A program made the position numbers and the translations under genes. 64,000 nucleotides of DNA. It comes from Monocercomonoides exilis PA203. Its lineage: Eukaryota; Protista; Preaxostyla. The number at the start of each line of letters is the position of its first letter. Position 1 is the first letter of the stretch. The stretch lies in contig LSRY02000050.1 in NCBI GenBank assembly GCA_001643675.2, positions 372,001 to 436,000 of the forward strand, written 5' to 3'. The notes under the pieces were generated by a model, which ran no database searches, was not told the DNA's origin, and worked only from the letters and a program-made list of their open reading frames with translations. Shown here piece after piece: positions 39,070 to 52,949 of this stretch.

Positions 39070-40519
39070 TCAAATATTCACAAGATAATTGGAAATACTC
39101 AAAGATAAATCATCATAATATTTTTTATTGAGAAATTCAAATATTTTATGAAAGCTGGTGATGGTATCTTCATATCCTTCTTCTTCCATCTTTTCCAAAA
39201 ACTCTTTTTTTGTTGCCTTTCTTTCCTCTTCTTCCATTTCATCTTTATTTTTTTCTTTCAATTTTATTGAAACATTCACAAATAATTGAAAGCAATCATT
39301 AACAATTGCGTCATCCAATGTTTGCAGCTGCATCTCCTCCAAAATAGCATCAATAGCACCGCTTTTCAACAAGTCTTCAACTTTCACAACTCTATTTTTT
39401 GCTGCGTTTCTCAAGGAGTGAATACACTCAGAGCTAATATCTCTGCAATTATCCTTTGCTGCTCGATATATCTGAACAATGCTGTTGATTAGCTCAACAT
39501 TTTCTTCGTTCCACAATTCGCATCTGAAAAAATAAATCGCGATTGTTTCGACCCATCTTTTCAATGAAAGCCCTTTTTTCGCTTCTTCTTTGCTCATTTC
39601 CTCTTCTTTCTTCTTCCAATTCACGTTTCTTGTCAGCTCTTCTAGTTCTCTTACTGCTTCTCTTCCAAAATGCAGCTCATTCACAATCTCTTCCTCCAAG
39701 CTATTGTTATCCCAAAATCGGTAAATCAAAAAACTCCAAGCAGACTGAAAGGCAAGTTGTGTGAGATTTCTGTGTTTCTGCTGATGTTCGATGATTTCTG
39801 TAATTTCCTTCAAATATTGTTCTTGCTTCATTTCCTAATCAGAAATAAAGGGGAAAAAAGCAAGCATAATAAAAATGAAAAAGAAGTGCTCATACACCAT
39901 ATCCCATTTTGCTCAAAGTTAGCAAAGCAATTTCCACTTCTTTTTGAGTCTCCTCGCTTTCCTCTTTCTTCAAGGCTAATTTCAACAGGCAGGACATACA
40001 AATTGAAAGAAATTTCGAAGATGGAAATTCGACGTAAAAAAAAAGATAGCATTCACAAAGATCAACAAGAAGCTTTTCATTCTTTTCTTCTTTCTTCTCT
40101 TCTTCAAAAATCATCTTTTTAAATCTTTCGCCCAGCGAAGATTTTTCAAAGCATGGATTCCAAAAATTTTTCAGCACATTGCAATATCCAACATGCTTCA
40201 GCAGCAAAATTGTATTCTCCATTGTCATTTTCTTTTCTTCAATCATCTTGTTCATTTTGTTGAATATAATAATCGATGAAATAGACAAAAGTTCTTCTTC
40301 ATTCATTTCTTCAATGATTTCATTCATTTCTTCGATTTTCACTTTCTGCTCATCTTCATTGCAATGCTCCAGTTCACAAAACAATTCTTTAATAAATTTA
40401 TTTATAATGGAAAGCGCTAAACACTCAAAAAATAGAAAAATAAACAAACTTGAAAACTTATCTTCAAGAGACGGCTCCTGGACATCATCATTGGACTTGT
40501 CTTTTTCACACACTTCCAT
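39070..40519 (-). CDS. Family A gene copy A3, intact
   Basis: Exons 40519-40450, 40386-39896, 39834-39070; GT-AG introns of 63 and 61 nt; continuous frame. Confidence 0.88.
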
Positions 40520-40639
40520 TCTGTCTATTATTAGCAAAGATCAATTTGCTGCAAAATTTCAAATGAAAAACAGAAAAACAAACAGAAAAACAAACATTGT
40601 TGATAATTGACAAAACTAAAATATAATTGTCAAACTCAA

Positions 40640-41400
40640 TTCCTTTGCTCAGTAAAAATCTGTGGTAAAAAAGAAATCACAAAGAAGCTGCAATATTGGT
40701 CGTATTTAGCCAAATACGAAAGAGTTTAATTTCTGTCTGATCGAACCAACAATAATTAATTCCATCGAAATGGATTGAATTTCGATTGAAATTTTTGAAC
40801 GTATTGAAAAATATCCCACATGTCTGGAATTGAGCATTAAAATAAAATATCTATTTTAACATTCTGAGCAATATGAAGAAGAAGCGAAAGGACTTTGAAA
40901 AGAACTTTTCGAAGAAGAGACAAAAAAGCAACAATTTGCGCATTAAACTGTGCATTTAAACGTTGTTGCAAATTATAATTCAAACATAAATATTTCACTT
41001 ATTTCCCTCACATTTAGAGTTTTCTGGAAGCTTTCCTTGTCAGAAATGATTTTTTCTGTTATTTCAGAGTGTTTGCTTGTTTCCGTGAATGTTTCAAATT
41101 TGAAGTGTTGAGAAACGTTTTGAGATACAAGGATAATTTTGTTATTTGTTCGCTTCTTGAGTGGGCCATCCAGGCTGAAGGAAGATTAATGGAGGGAATC
41201 AAGCTTTCAACAATTCGCAGTTTTTTGGTGATTGGGCGCATGATAATTGAACGCATAAGAGAATTTATCAAGGCAACAATGGACAGCATCGTTTATTGAG
41301 CATTGAAAGAGATTTTATTCCAAAAGATTTTGAGGCTGAGTGAAGATGAACAAAGTCGAGATGGCAAAGAAAGATTAATGCAATATGCGGAACCAAGCAC
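40640..41400 (+). pseudogene. Family P decayed partner, divergent from A3
   Basis: tctgatcgaaccaacaata resembles gttgatcaaaccaacaga upstream of A5; intron-like 3' end CATTTAG at 41017. Boundaries approximate. Confidence 0.45.
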
Positions 41401-43111
41401 ATGCGGGATTTTGAATTCATTTCAACACATTTATCGTTTGATGATGATTTCCACTTGACGTGTATTTATCGGTAAAGATGCTTGTTGCATTTTGTTAAAA
41501 GTCATCATTTTGGGTTGTTTTGATGGTTATTGTTGATTCACCGATTTCTGTGTGGATTTCGAGGCAAACCTTGAAGCAACATGGAAGAAGAAGAAACGAA
41601 TCAAAAATACAGAACAGATGGTGATAGAAATGTTTGATTTAATTAAGGTGTGTTATCCAATTTATTGTTGCATTTGCAATTTTTTTTTTTTGAAAAATTA
41701 ACAAAAGAAAAGAAAGAAAGAAAGAGATCATCAAAAATAAAAAAAAGTGAAACATTTTTTGCAATGATAATTTCTAATTTTTTCCTTTCTATTCTATCTC
41801 TTTTTTTCTTTCACTTTTTGTGTTGCACAGAAGTTCTTTTGACTTTTGCTAATAAAAAACAAATGGTTGGGAAGAAATGATAAAAGGCAGACTGCTTCAA
41901 TCAGAGAGGCGAGAAGACGAGCATTTTTTTTTTTGAAAAATGGTATTGCCTCATTTGGAACTTCATATTTTTCTTTTTCTTTGTGTTCTTTTCTTTGATA
42001 ATTAATTGGTTAATTTTGCGAATTTCAAAAATGTATTTCACTCAAAAACGGATTCGTCTTGCAGATCCTTATCAATTCAGACTCAGCAACTTGCAGTAAC
42101 TTGCGAAGACACTCATCCTCATCGTATTTGTTGGCCTGTGTTTTTTTTGACAGCACCTGCCGTTGGATGTGCCTTTCTTATTTCTTTCCATCAAAATTGT
42201 TGAATCGCTCAGAACAATGCTGAACAGCAGCTGGATGGAGAGAAGACGCATTAGCAGAATGGAAATGCTGCTGCATTCAGCTGAGTCTGCTTGCAGATGC
42301 GAAGGTGAAGAAGGGGAAGAAGGGGAAGAAGAGGTCAGAGTTATCAGTCCGTTTGAAGAGGAAGTGAAGGATGTGAAGGAAAGAGATGAAAAGAAATGAA
42401 GAGGAAATGTTGAAAAAGAAAGAGAAGACAAAAAAGATGAGAAAGAAAGAATGAATGAAAGTGAGAAAGAAAGATGAGGAATGTTTGAATGAATATGAAA
42501 AAAACACGATGGAAGAAACAATAAAGAATACTTTTCAATAGAAGAGCAGAAATGCCATATGTATGGGGAAAACAATAGATTTCATTCAAAAGGGGAAGGA
42601 AAGGCTTGTCAAAAAGAGCGAAAGAAATGAAAGGAAAAATCGGGAAATGATTCATTTTTATGGAGAATTAGGTGAAACGAGGAATATTACTTGCTTATTT
42701 CGAATTATTTTAAGATAAAAATACCGCTTTTCATTTGAAAAAGAAAAATCTTCTCTTTTTGTTACATTTCTGTTCTTTTTTTTTCTTCAGTTAACAGCAA
42801 TTAAATAAAAATTAATTCTTTCATAGATTTTTTTCAAAAAGCCTTTCATAGAACTTCTTCAAAGAAACTCCAAAACGAAGGAATGACTATTAAATGCTGG
42901 CTCACAGCATTAACATTGAACTTCAACAATAACAACAAAAAAACAAAAACAAAGATAATTATCTCAATTTTTCAATTTTCTCAATTCAAACTGCTTAAAA
43001 ACTCATTCAAAAAAAAAGGAAGAAAAGAATAAAGGATAGATAATTTCTCATTCATTGCATGAATGAAAATACAACGCTTAAATTCATTTTTTTGGATTTA
43101 ATGAAAAATTG

Positions 43112-43125
43112 AAAAAAAAAAAAAA
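43112..43125 (-). terminator. Pol III oligo(T) terminator of the 5S gene
   Basis: 14-T run on the minus strand directly after the 5S 3' end. Confidence 0.85.
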
Positions 43126-43241
43126 GCTACAGCACTAGGTTTTTCCAGGCGGTCACCCATCCAAGTACTAACCCAGCGTTGGCCGCTTTTCTTCGGAGGT
43201 CTGAAGGGATCCGGTGAGTATGACCAACCATGACCGTAGCT
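43124..43241 (-). rRNA. 5S rRNA: 5S ribosomal RNA
   Basis: AGCTACGG...GTAGCT terminal helix, GATCCC, CCGAAG and GGTTAGTACTTGGATGGGTGACCGCCTGG; ~118 nt. Confidence 0.95.
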
Positions 43242-43265
43242 CACACACACTCCCTCAAACATCCC

Positions 43266-43272
43266 TTTTATA
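43266..43272 (-). promoter_or_regulatory. TATA-like element upstream of the 5S gene
   Basis: TATAAAA at about -31 to -25 from the inferred 5S start. Confidence 0.5.
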
Positions 43273-44299
43273 ATGTTCACACAATCATTCTTTTTCTCTT
43301 TTTCAATCCATTCTCATCATCAAAATTGCTTTCCCAATTATCTTCTTTCTTTTATTTTCTTTCTCTTCAATTTCAACTTTTCCTTTCTTCCCCTCTCTTT
43401 CACCTTTTCTCTTTCAAACTCTTTTTTAATCACTTTTTCGCTCTTTCATCTTTCTATTCATCATTCACTCACTAACATACACTCTCTCTCTTTCTCTTTC
43501 TTTTCTTCTTTTCTTCTTTTCTTTCGTTTTATTCATTTGAGTTTTTTTATCCCTTCTTCATTTTTCGCATTCTTTTCACAAAGCAGTGCGGAAGATGACG
43601 CAAAAGAAGAAGAAATTTGGATTGTTGGTGAATTAGACAGACAAAATTGATTCTTTCTGTATGTGATAAGGGAGCCTCTAGAACAGGAGCGATTGAATGA
43701 ATGAATTAAATGAAAGAGAAAGAGAAGAAGATGAAGAAGAATAACTTGAAGAAGAAGAATAGAGATAATGAGGATGAAATAGTAGAAGGAGGAGGAAGAG
43801 GAGGAGAAAGTTCAGATTGAGATTTTGAGCCAAACGCTGCAGGACGAAGAGAAAATGGAGACTTTTTGAGAGTAGAAGAAGAAAGAGGAGAAGAAAAAGG
43901 AGGAGGAGGAGGAGGAGGAGGAGTTGGAAGAAGAAGAAAGAAAGAAGAAGAAGAAGAAGCTGTGTGATATGATGACACGTGAATTGAATAAGTTGATTGA
44001 AGATCGAGAATTGTGAAGATAAATGAAAACAAACATTAACGTTGATGTTCGTAGAAATCATTTTTTCTGGCTTTTCATTTTTTTCTTCTTCCGTCTTCTG
44101 GCAAACAAAATCCTCAAACTCTTCATTCATCTCTTTCCATCCACTAAACCATCTTCAAACACACCCATAACCCCATCGATGGTGCCATCCTCCCAAACCT
44201 CAACAGCCCATCCACTTCTCTCTCTGCCTTCGATGCTTCTTTCCTCCACCAAACAATCTCTTCACCAAATGCTCCTATGGTTCATGTTGGATCCGAAAC

Positions 44300-45180
44300 T
44301 CATAGAAAATATTCCTGGGAGATCGACTTCGTTTGATGTGAATAACCATCGTTTCGAGTGGTGCGAATGGAATGATTCAAATGGTGGCAGTGATTGGGAT
44401 GGTGCACTTTGCGTTTCCTGCGCAAATGCTAATCTCACAATCACTTCTTGTTCATTCAACAATTGTTCATGTAATAGTCAGGGCGGAACGTTATATTGCA
44501 GATATTTGCGAAATGTCGACATTGCAAAATCCTATTCCACACGTTGTTCAGCTGCTCGTGGAGGAGCAATATGCATTGACGGAAGGCAATCATCTTCCGA
44601 ATATTCATTCTCTGAAAACAGAGCGGAAAGTTGTTCAATTACAAATTGGTGCGGAACTGGCTGGTATTTTCATGTGTATGATATGGCCTCAACTTGTCAA
44701 TATCTGTTTTCCAAATGTTGGCGAATCGCAAATTCTGGTGGTGATTCTGCTGGATCTTTAACATTTTATTATCCTCCAGAAAGTGAGCCAAATCAATTTT
44801 CTGTCAATGATTGTCAGTTCATCGATAACAAATTGACATTATTTTCAACTTCATGGGGAGGCGCTGCCATTTTCTTCTATTCAACTTATTCTTGGACGAA
44901 TGGAGTAAAATTCATCACTTTCTGTTTCTTTGATGGTAACACTGCAACAAACGGCAGGGGGAATGATGTGTTTTTTTACGGAAGTGATATTGCTCATTCT
45001 CCATTCCAGCAATGCGGTTCAACAACCCCAACAAAAAGAGTATGAAATGCAAGAACAGCTGACAATGCAGTGTATAATGGCTGGCTCCCCCTCATCTCCC
45101 AGAATAAAATTGCTCCAAATAATTAAACTGATTCCGACAACTGTGGCAAAACACAGCAAAATCACATGTGCCACCATCGA
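44300..45180 (+). pseudogene. Pmp/adhesin-like GGA-repeat beta-helix gene fragment
   Basis: CSFNNCSCNSQGGTLY, CSAARGGAICI, WGGAAIFF and FDGNTATNGRGND motifs; TGA at 45043 interrupts a frame that continues to a CGKTQQN motif, then ends near a microsatellite. Confidence 0.8.
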
Positions 45181-45232
45181 AGATGTTCCCAACGGCTTCA
45201 TTTCTCCCTTCAGCGATGCCTCCCTCCCTCCT

Positions 45233-45313
45233 TCTCTTTCTCTTTCTCTTTCTCTTTCTCTTTCTCTTTCTCTTTCTCTTTCTCTTTCTCTTTCTCTTTC
45301 TCTTTCTCTCTTT
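45233..45313. repeat. (TCTCTT)n microsatellite
   Basis: About 13 hexamer units. Confidence 0.95.
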
Positions 45314-45939
45314 CTTTTTCTCTCTCTTCTCATCTCCTCTTTCACTCCCACTCAAACACTCTCACATTTCGTACCCCAAATACAAAAATCACTCGAAATG
45401 ATGAACTTTTTCTTATATCCTTTTGATTTCTTCAATTGTTTCTTCTTATTTTGAATAGTTTCTATTTCATTGCAAAATTCAAAAGCTTTCATCTTCTTTT
45501 CAACTGAAGCATATACCATCACTTGCCTTTCATAGATCCCTAAATCAGCACAGGTTGTATTGCTTCTTCGTCATTTTCCATTTGCTTTGGCTTCTTCTTC
45601 AAATGAAAATAAAACTCTCTGCTTAAAAGAATGCTTTCTATAATTTCTTCTCTTCAAATAGCATTTCTTCAATCATATCAACAAGCTCTTCTAAACTTTC
45701 AATTTCTATTGCTGTTTTCACTTCACCTTTTTTGTCCGCTGCAGAAGCTCTCATTTCATAGAATTATCCTTCGCTTATTTGTTTTCTTATAAATTTCTAT
45801 TCCTCTCTTCATTTCTCCTTTGATTGCTTGATGAATGCGCATGTTGTGTTATGCAATCTCTCAAACATCATCCATATTATAATATGTTCCAAATAACGAC
45901 TTTTGCCTTGTTCTTTCTGTTTTCTGTGAATTCTTTCAT

Positions 45940-47965
45940 CTTCCAAATGAAAAAAAATCAGAACAATCCTCCTTCTTTTTTATTTTGCACTGCTAATAGC
46001 CTATTCTCCGCTTATTGTTTCTTTTATTTCGTTGTCTCATAATTTCTGCTGATATTCCATGATAGAATAAATATTTCTTTCGTCTTTCTGAGTAGGAATG
46101 AAAGATATGGTTGGAAGTCGAATTCGACGAGAATTTGAATGAAACGAATGCAAAAACATTTGTTGTTTCTAATCGAAGAAGGTGCTGAAGAAGAAGACGA
46201 TTTTAATGAAATGAATTCAATTCGTTCAAATTGCCTTTTTTCCATCACGAGAATCGCGAATGAAAAGAAGGATAATTCTGTGCCTGATAAGCCCAGACGA
46301 AGAAAAGCAAACAAAGAAATTATTTGCTCAATTCTGCGGAGAAGCTGAAAGAGAAATGGAATGAAATGAGTTGGATGGAGCTCTTCTGGAGGAAGTTGAA
46401 CGACAAATGTGTACAAGACTCATTTGAAGAAAATGAAGAAATGTTGAATGGATTCGAATTTCATAATAGCCATCAGCAGCAACTGACAGAAGATCCATTC
46501 CTTGTTGCAACAGAGAATTTGATGGCTATTCAAACATCAAAATTCTCAAATGCGAAGAAGCTGCTCTTTTCATCAACCAAGTTTAAAAAATATCATCAAT
46601 GAAGAGATCGAAGGAGAAGGAAAAGGAGAAGAAAATGTGTTTTCTTCAAAAATACAACTTTAAATGGATTGTTCCTGAAAATGATGCACAACATGAAAAA
46701 AAAGCTGCTCATTGGAATGGAAATAAAAAGATATAAAATAAAAATAATTAGTTTGGGGCTGATAATTAAAATTCCTCAAAAGAACACACCTGTCCTTTCT
46801 ATCGCAAATGCAGAGGATTGTCCAATCACTGATGCTGTCAATCTCCTTTTCCATTGTTTCTCAGTGCTTCTTTCTCGGTCTTCCTTTATTCTCGCACAAA
46901 CATTCTGCTTTTGATATTATCATCCACTTTTTTTCTGAAAAAAATAATTCTGTATTTCAACTTTCCAAGAGCTGTTCAATTGTTGGCATTCTTCTTTTCA
47001 TTCTCATCAAAATACTTTGAAATCGAATTTCTTTTCTTCCCCTGCTCCAACTGAATACAAAAAAATATGCAATTCCCATCTGCTGATTGTATCTCGACAT
47101 CCAGCCTCTTCTGATGTTCTCCTCAGAAAAACAAAGGAATTGGCCATTTTTAAAATTTATCAGATTCTTGCACTCTGAAAAGATGGTTTATAAAAGAATC
47201 TTCTCAACAAACAGGAACAATAAAAAACGCATACATGCAAATATTTTGATTTTCAAAAAAATGTTGAATTTTCTTTTAAGACGCTTTTCATAAAAACCAT
47301 CTCGCCCAATTCCATCATCAATTCCCCTCTTTCGCTGTCTCGTGCAACCTCTCAAAATAATATCGCCCATTCCGCAGAAAATATTTGTTCACCGTCTCTC
47401 ATTTCAACAAGGAATATTTTTGTTCTTTCAAATCAAATGATCTGAATATCCATTACTGCAAACACAAAAAAAGATTTATCGATTTATCTTTCTTTCTTTT
47501 TTTGTAACGCCTTGCCAAATAACACTAACAACGCAAAATGGTATAACAACTTATGCTTTCATGATTATTTTTAGCTTTTGTTTTGCGCCGATTTCTTCTT
47601 TCCAATGATATCTGAATTCAAATCAAATGGCGAATTTTCGTTGTTTTCTGTCTGCAATGTGATTTCAAAAATGCAGACAACGAGTAGAATCAAAAGGTTT
47701 AATGGTTTGTGCTTGTTATTGCATTTGAATTCATGATTATTGTGATTTAATTTATTCTTTATTTATTTGAAGAATTGTTTTCTGGATTGGAAGATTGTGA
47801 TGAAGATGAACAGAAGCGAAAAATAGGAGAAATGAATGAAATAATTGATGGAATGAATAAGGAAGAATTTGAATCTGTTTTCACAGAAGAACTATTCGAG
47901 AAAATGGACAAAATGATTGAAGAAAAGAAACTATCAATAGAAAATGCAATTTTGCTGCTGAAGCA
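45940..47965 (+). repeat. Segmental duplication copy 2 (upstream block with family P remnant plus 5' part of A4)
   Basis: Matches 28321-30610 except that ~250 bp (about 28725-28975) is absent at ~46340. Confidence 0.92.
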
Positions 47966-49093
47966 CATGGGCTATTGCAAAGCGTTAAAAAATGTTTTGA
48001 CTCTATTATTTGAAAGATCTTCATTGAACAAAAAATTTGAGAAGATGATCATTGATGAAAATGAGAAAAAGGAAGGAAAGGATGAAAAGCTAATTACTGA
48101 TCTTAGTGAATGCAATTTATTTTTAGGAGGGTTAACATCATTGAAATTGAATTCTTTTTGTGTGCGTTGTCTGCTGAAAGTTGCGTTGAAGAAAGAAGAA
48201 GATGAGGAGAATCAAAAAGAAGTGGAAATGGCACTTTTGGCGCTGAGTTGCATTAAAATTTATTTTGTTTGAATATTTCAATTTTATTTTTAAAGTTATT
48301 GATATTTTTTCTTATTTTTGAACAGAACATTGAAAGAGATCTTTTCCTGGACGAGATCAAAGAAATCATCCAATATCATGAAAAGCATCACAATTTGACA
48401 CGACTTGCCTTTCAGTCTATTTGGCAGTTTTTGATTATTCTATCGTTCAGCACAAATTACATGGTCGACGTTATTGTGGATGAGATGAATTTTGTGAGAG
48501 AGACAAAAAGAGAACTGGAAGAATTAACAAAGCGTGTTGATTGGAAGAGAGAGAAAGAAGCGGAGAAAGAAGAAAAAGAGAGGAAAGAAGAACTTGTTTT
48601 GAAAAGATGGCTGCGAATTTTAGAACCTTTCTTTGTTCAATGCGGATTATGGAATAAAGAATGCTCAGGGATTGTTGAAAGCATTGTTCAGGTATTTCTA
48701 GAATCAAGAGATTATGATAGTGAAATAGGCAAGGAATGCGTTCGATTATTTGGAGCAGCAGCTGAAAATGGAACAGTGAAACTTGATGCCTTGCTGAAAA
48801 GTGGTGCCATTGACGCTGCTTTGGAGGAGATTCCAAAATCAACGATCAAAGGCAAAATGACATATTATTGCTTGAAATTTTTTCAATTGATTTCAGTGTG
48901 TTTGAAAATAAAAGAGATTGATGAAATGGAAAAAGCGAAGAGAAAGACATTCAAAATGGAGATATTTGACAAGTTGGAAGAAGAAGGATACGAAGATTTC
49001 ATCATAAGTTTTCATGGAATATTTGGTTTTCTTGGTGAAAATTTTCTTATAAGATTATCTTTGAATATATCTGATTATTTTGTGAATACCTGA
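47671..49093 (+). CDS. Family A gene copy A4, intact
   Basis: Exons 47671-47704, 47773-48266, 48326-49093; introns of 68 nt and 59 nt (GTTTGA..AACAG); continuous frame. Confidence 0.87.
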
Positions 49094-49478
49094 GGAAATG
49101 AAGTGCTTTGTATTTTTGTAACTCAAACTTTTCATTTTTCTTTTCTTCCTTTTTTTAACTTCTTTTATTATCTCCACTCAAACAATTGAACCGTTTGATT
49201 GAAATTCTCTGTGGGGATCTGATCGATCCAAAAAAAGTTGAACCTTCAAAAAATGATTAACTCTTGTTTTCTCCTTTTTTCTTTTTTTTTTATTATTATT
49301 GTAATAATTATTTTATGATTCAGTTCCATTTCAAAGAAGTTTTAAAAGAGACCTAAAAAATATTGATTCAATTGTTTTCTATTTTGTGAATTGTTGAAAA
49401 CAGAAAAAGAAAAATTATGAGTTGAAAAATTTAATGAATCTCATTTCCTCAAGTTCAAAAAAAGAACGTGTGAAATAT

Positions 49479-50905
49479 TCAAAGTTGAATGAATACAGTA
49501 TCATCAGCAAAATAGAATCTATTCGTTTTTTGAAAGCTAATAATGATATCTTCATACCCTTCTTCTACCATCTTTTCAAATATTTTCCTTTTCAATTCTT
49601 TTCTTTCCTCCTCTGTAGTTTTCACTTCTCCCTTTTCTTTCAACCGCAATGAAATCAATTGAAAAAAATTAATAAATTCATATATCATTCCTCTATTCAA
49701 TGTTCGCCGCTGAATCTCCTCCAAAGCAGCATCAATGGCGCCACTCTTCAGCAAGACATCAAGTTTCACTGCTCTATTTTTTGTAACTGCATTAAATAAT
49801 TGAATGCATTCCTCGCATATTCCACTGTGATTATCTCTTGATGCTCGAAACACATCAACAAGGCAGCTAAAAAGCCCAACATATTCTTCGTTCCACAATT
49901 CGCAGAAGTAAAAGTAATTACCAATCGAGCGGCTCCATCTCAAAATAATATCCATTGCTTTCCTTTCTGTTATCCCCATCTCTTCTTCTTTCTTCTTCCA
50001 ATTCACATTTCTTGTGAGTTCTTCCAATTCTCTTGCTGCTTCTCTTCCAAAATGCAGCTCATTCACAATAACTTCTTCCAAGCTATTATCAACCCAAAAT
50101 CGGTAAATCAAAAATAGCCAAGCAGACTGATAGGCAAGCTGTGTGAGATTGTGATGCTCCTGATGTTTGACGATTTCTGTAATTTCCTTCAAATATAGTT
50201 CTTGTTTCACTTCCTAATCAGAAATTAGAAAATTGCAATAATATCAAAAAGGAAATAGAAATGTTCATACACAATATCCCATTTCGCTCAAAGCCAGCAA
50301 AGCCATTTCCACTTCTGTTTGATTCTCCTCGCTTTCCTCTTTCTTCAATGCAGCTTTCAGAAGGCCAGGCACACAGATTGAAATCAACTCTGAAGAAAAA
50401 TCGAAATGAAACAAAAGATAACATTCACAAAGATCAACAAGAAGCTTTTCGTTTTTCTCTTCTTTTTTCTTTTCTTCTTCTTCCGTCATCTTCTCAAATC
50501 TTCTGCTAAGTGAAGATTTTTCAAAGCATGGATTCCACACGTTTTTCAGCACCTTGCAATACCCAACATGATTCAGCAGCAAAATTGCATTTTCCATCGT
50601 CAGTTTCTCTTCTTCAATCGTTTTATTTATATTGTTGAACAGATCAATAGTATAAATAAGTCTAAATTCTTCTTTATTCATTTCATCAATCAATCTGTTC
50701 ATTTCTTCGATTTTCTCTTTTTGTCCTGAAAAGCTGCAGCTTTTCAATTCATCAAACAGTTCTAAAGAAACAATTTCCCCCAAATGGAAAAAGCCATTGA
50801 GCTTTCAAAAAAAAATACGTGAAAAATGAACAAACTTGAAAACTTCTCCTTTGGGGCCATCTCTCGATTTCTGTCTTCGGTTCCACCATCAATGAATTCT
50901 TCCAT
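49479..50905 (-). CDS. Family A gene copy A5, altered extreme C-terminus
   Basis: Exons 50905-50836, 50761-50271, 50213-49479; introns of 74 and 57 nt. The LNIS end motif lies out of frame just past the stop. Confidence 0.82.
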
Positions 50906-50999
50906 ACTGTTTATTTAAAGTGCAATCTATTTGCAATGAATATACTCAATAATTAAGCAAAACCAAATAAATATCAAACATCATTCACGATCCAACAAA

Positions 51000-51700
51000 T
51001 AGAGAAGGCTACAGTCACTATCCAAATTGTTTAACCTTTGTAAAAAAAGATTTGGAAACGAGTTCTATGAAAGCAGCCTGATTTGGCTGAGCGAGGCAAG
51101 AAATGGCAGTTTTTTGTTTCTTGTTGATCAAACCAACAGAAATTCATCAAAAACAAATGGAGAATTGTTATTCGATTCATGATGCTCCATGAAATAGTTT
51201 TCTTCCTGTTTGGGAATTGAATTTATTCACAATATAGAAATGGAACTTGATGGAAGAAAATAACTGCAATCAAGCAAAAGGATTGAGAAGAAGAGTTTCG
51301 TGACTTTTTAAAGTTATTGATTCTTTTGTCAAAAACCAAAGTACAGCTAATGTTTGCATTCTTGAAGGGTCTCGTTGGTTGGTTGCTTTTACAGTTTCTG
51401 ATTTCATTGAAAAGGATTGAAGTGATTGCTGAAGACAAAAGAAGTGAAAAGTTCCAAAATCGAAATGGATCAAACAAGCAAAATGTCAATTGCAATTCTT
51501 TACAAAGATGCCAAACGAATGGCAGAAGAACAAGGTTGGATGGTTCAGTTGCAACAGCATCATGGGCCATCAAAAAATGGATTATTTGAAAAAAATCTAT
51601 CAAAATCGGTTTCACTGACCAAGCTGCCTGGCTTTGCGCTAGATAAGAGTTCTGCAATGCGTTTTGCTCATCCTTTTCTATTCGAATGATTGAGCATTAC
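51000..51700 (+). pseudogene. Family P decayed partner, divergent from A5
   Basis: IAEDKRSEKFQN...TNGRRT matches IVEEERTEKAKN...TNGRRT upstream of A6; intron-like 3' end near 51414. Confidence 0.5.
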
Positions 51701-52174
51701 TGTCAGCAAAATGCATATGGTTTCGGATGAAAAGAGATTGGAAAAGGAATTTTATGGAGAAGACTCTATTGCAAAAGAACAATGAAAAAAACGCACAAAT
51801 AGTTATTCATCTTCTTCAGAGACCAAAAGCATTGATATTATCGATATGAAAGGAATTGGCCAACATTTCAGCTTCTGCTCCATCAGAATGAAGATGAATA
51901 AAGAAAACTTTTGTTTTTTCAAGAAAGATGCCCTTACGGAAATGAGGCGTTCATCAGACAATTCAAAAACTCTCCCTTTTTGCTTCAGCAATATCAGCGC
52001 GATGTAAATGTGTTAAAGAATGAAAGGACCTCTTTTCGAATGTCTCAACAATCCATCATTTTTGTATCAACATCATTTTCAGATGAAAAGTTTCCTTCTT
52101 TCCTGCATTTGAGCTGCTTCGTGATGAACACCTTGCAGGCATCGAAAACAACAACATTCAAAAATTTTTCATCG

Positions 52175-52344
52175 CCTTCTCCTTCTCCTTCTCCTTCTCC
52201 TTCTCCTTCTCCTTCTCCTTCTCCTTCTCCTTCTCCTTCTCCTTCTCCTTCTCCTTCTCCTTCTCCTTCTCCTTCTCCTTCTCCTTCTCCTTCTCCTTCT
52301 CCTTCTCCTTCTCCTTCTCCTTCTCCTTCTTCTTCTTCTTCTTC
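52175..52344. repeat. (CCTTCT)n then (TTC)n microsatellite
   Basis: About 26 hexamer units. Confidence 0.95.
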
Positions 52345-52562
52345 TCTTTTTTCTTTTAATCAACAATTTCCATATCCTTCACAAACAGCACAGTTGCTGT
52401 GTTCTTGCTTCAAATTGCAGAACTTCCTCGTCATCTGATAATCTCAAATTCCTTCTCCATAGAAGCCGGTTACATACAAACATCTTTAAACCCTTCTGAA
52501 AACTCCTCAGTCGAAAAAAATCTGCGCATTTTATCGTATTTGCTGACACAAAAGGAAGAAAC

Positions 52563-52667
<105 letters not shown>

Positions 52668-52949
52668 ATATCTTTTTCTGTCCCTTCAACCGCTCCCACA
52701 AGCAGATTCTTCGCATTGTCTAAATAGAAATGGCTTATTTAATAAGTGAAGGAGGAGAAGGCGCCACGCTTAGATATTTGTTCTGTTTGCATTCCATCGC
52801 GTTCTCCGCCTGCTGGAACTTCGAAACTTGCGTTGCCTCTTCCTCGTCACTGCCAAAAGAAGAATTAGCACAAGCAGAAGAAGAAGAAACAAGGCCATTA
52901 TCAACTTTATCTGCAACCATCTTTCAACATCATTGGAGCGCCCATCGGA

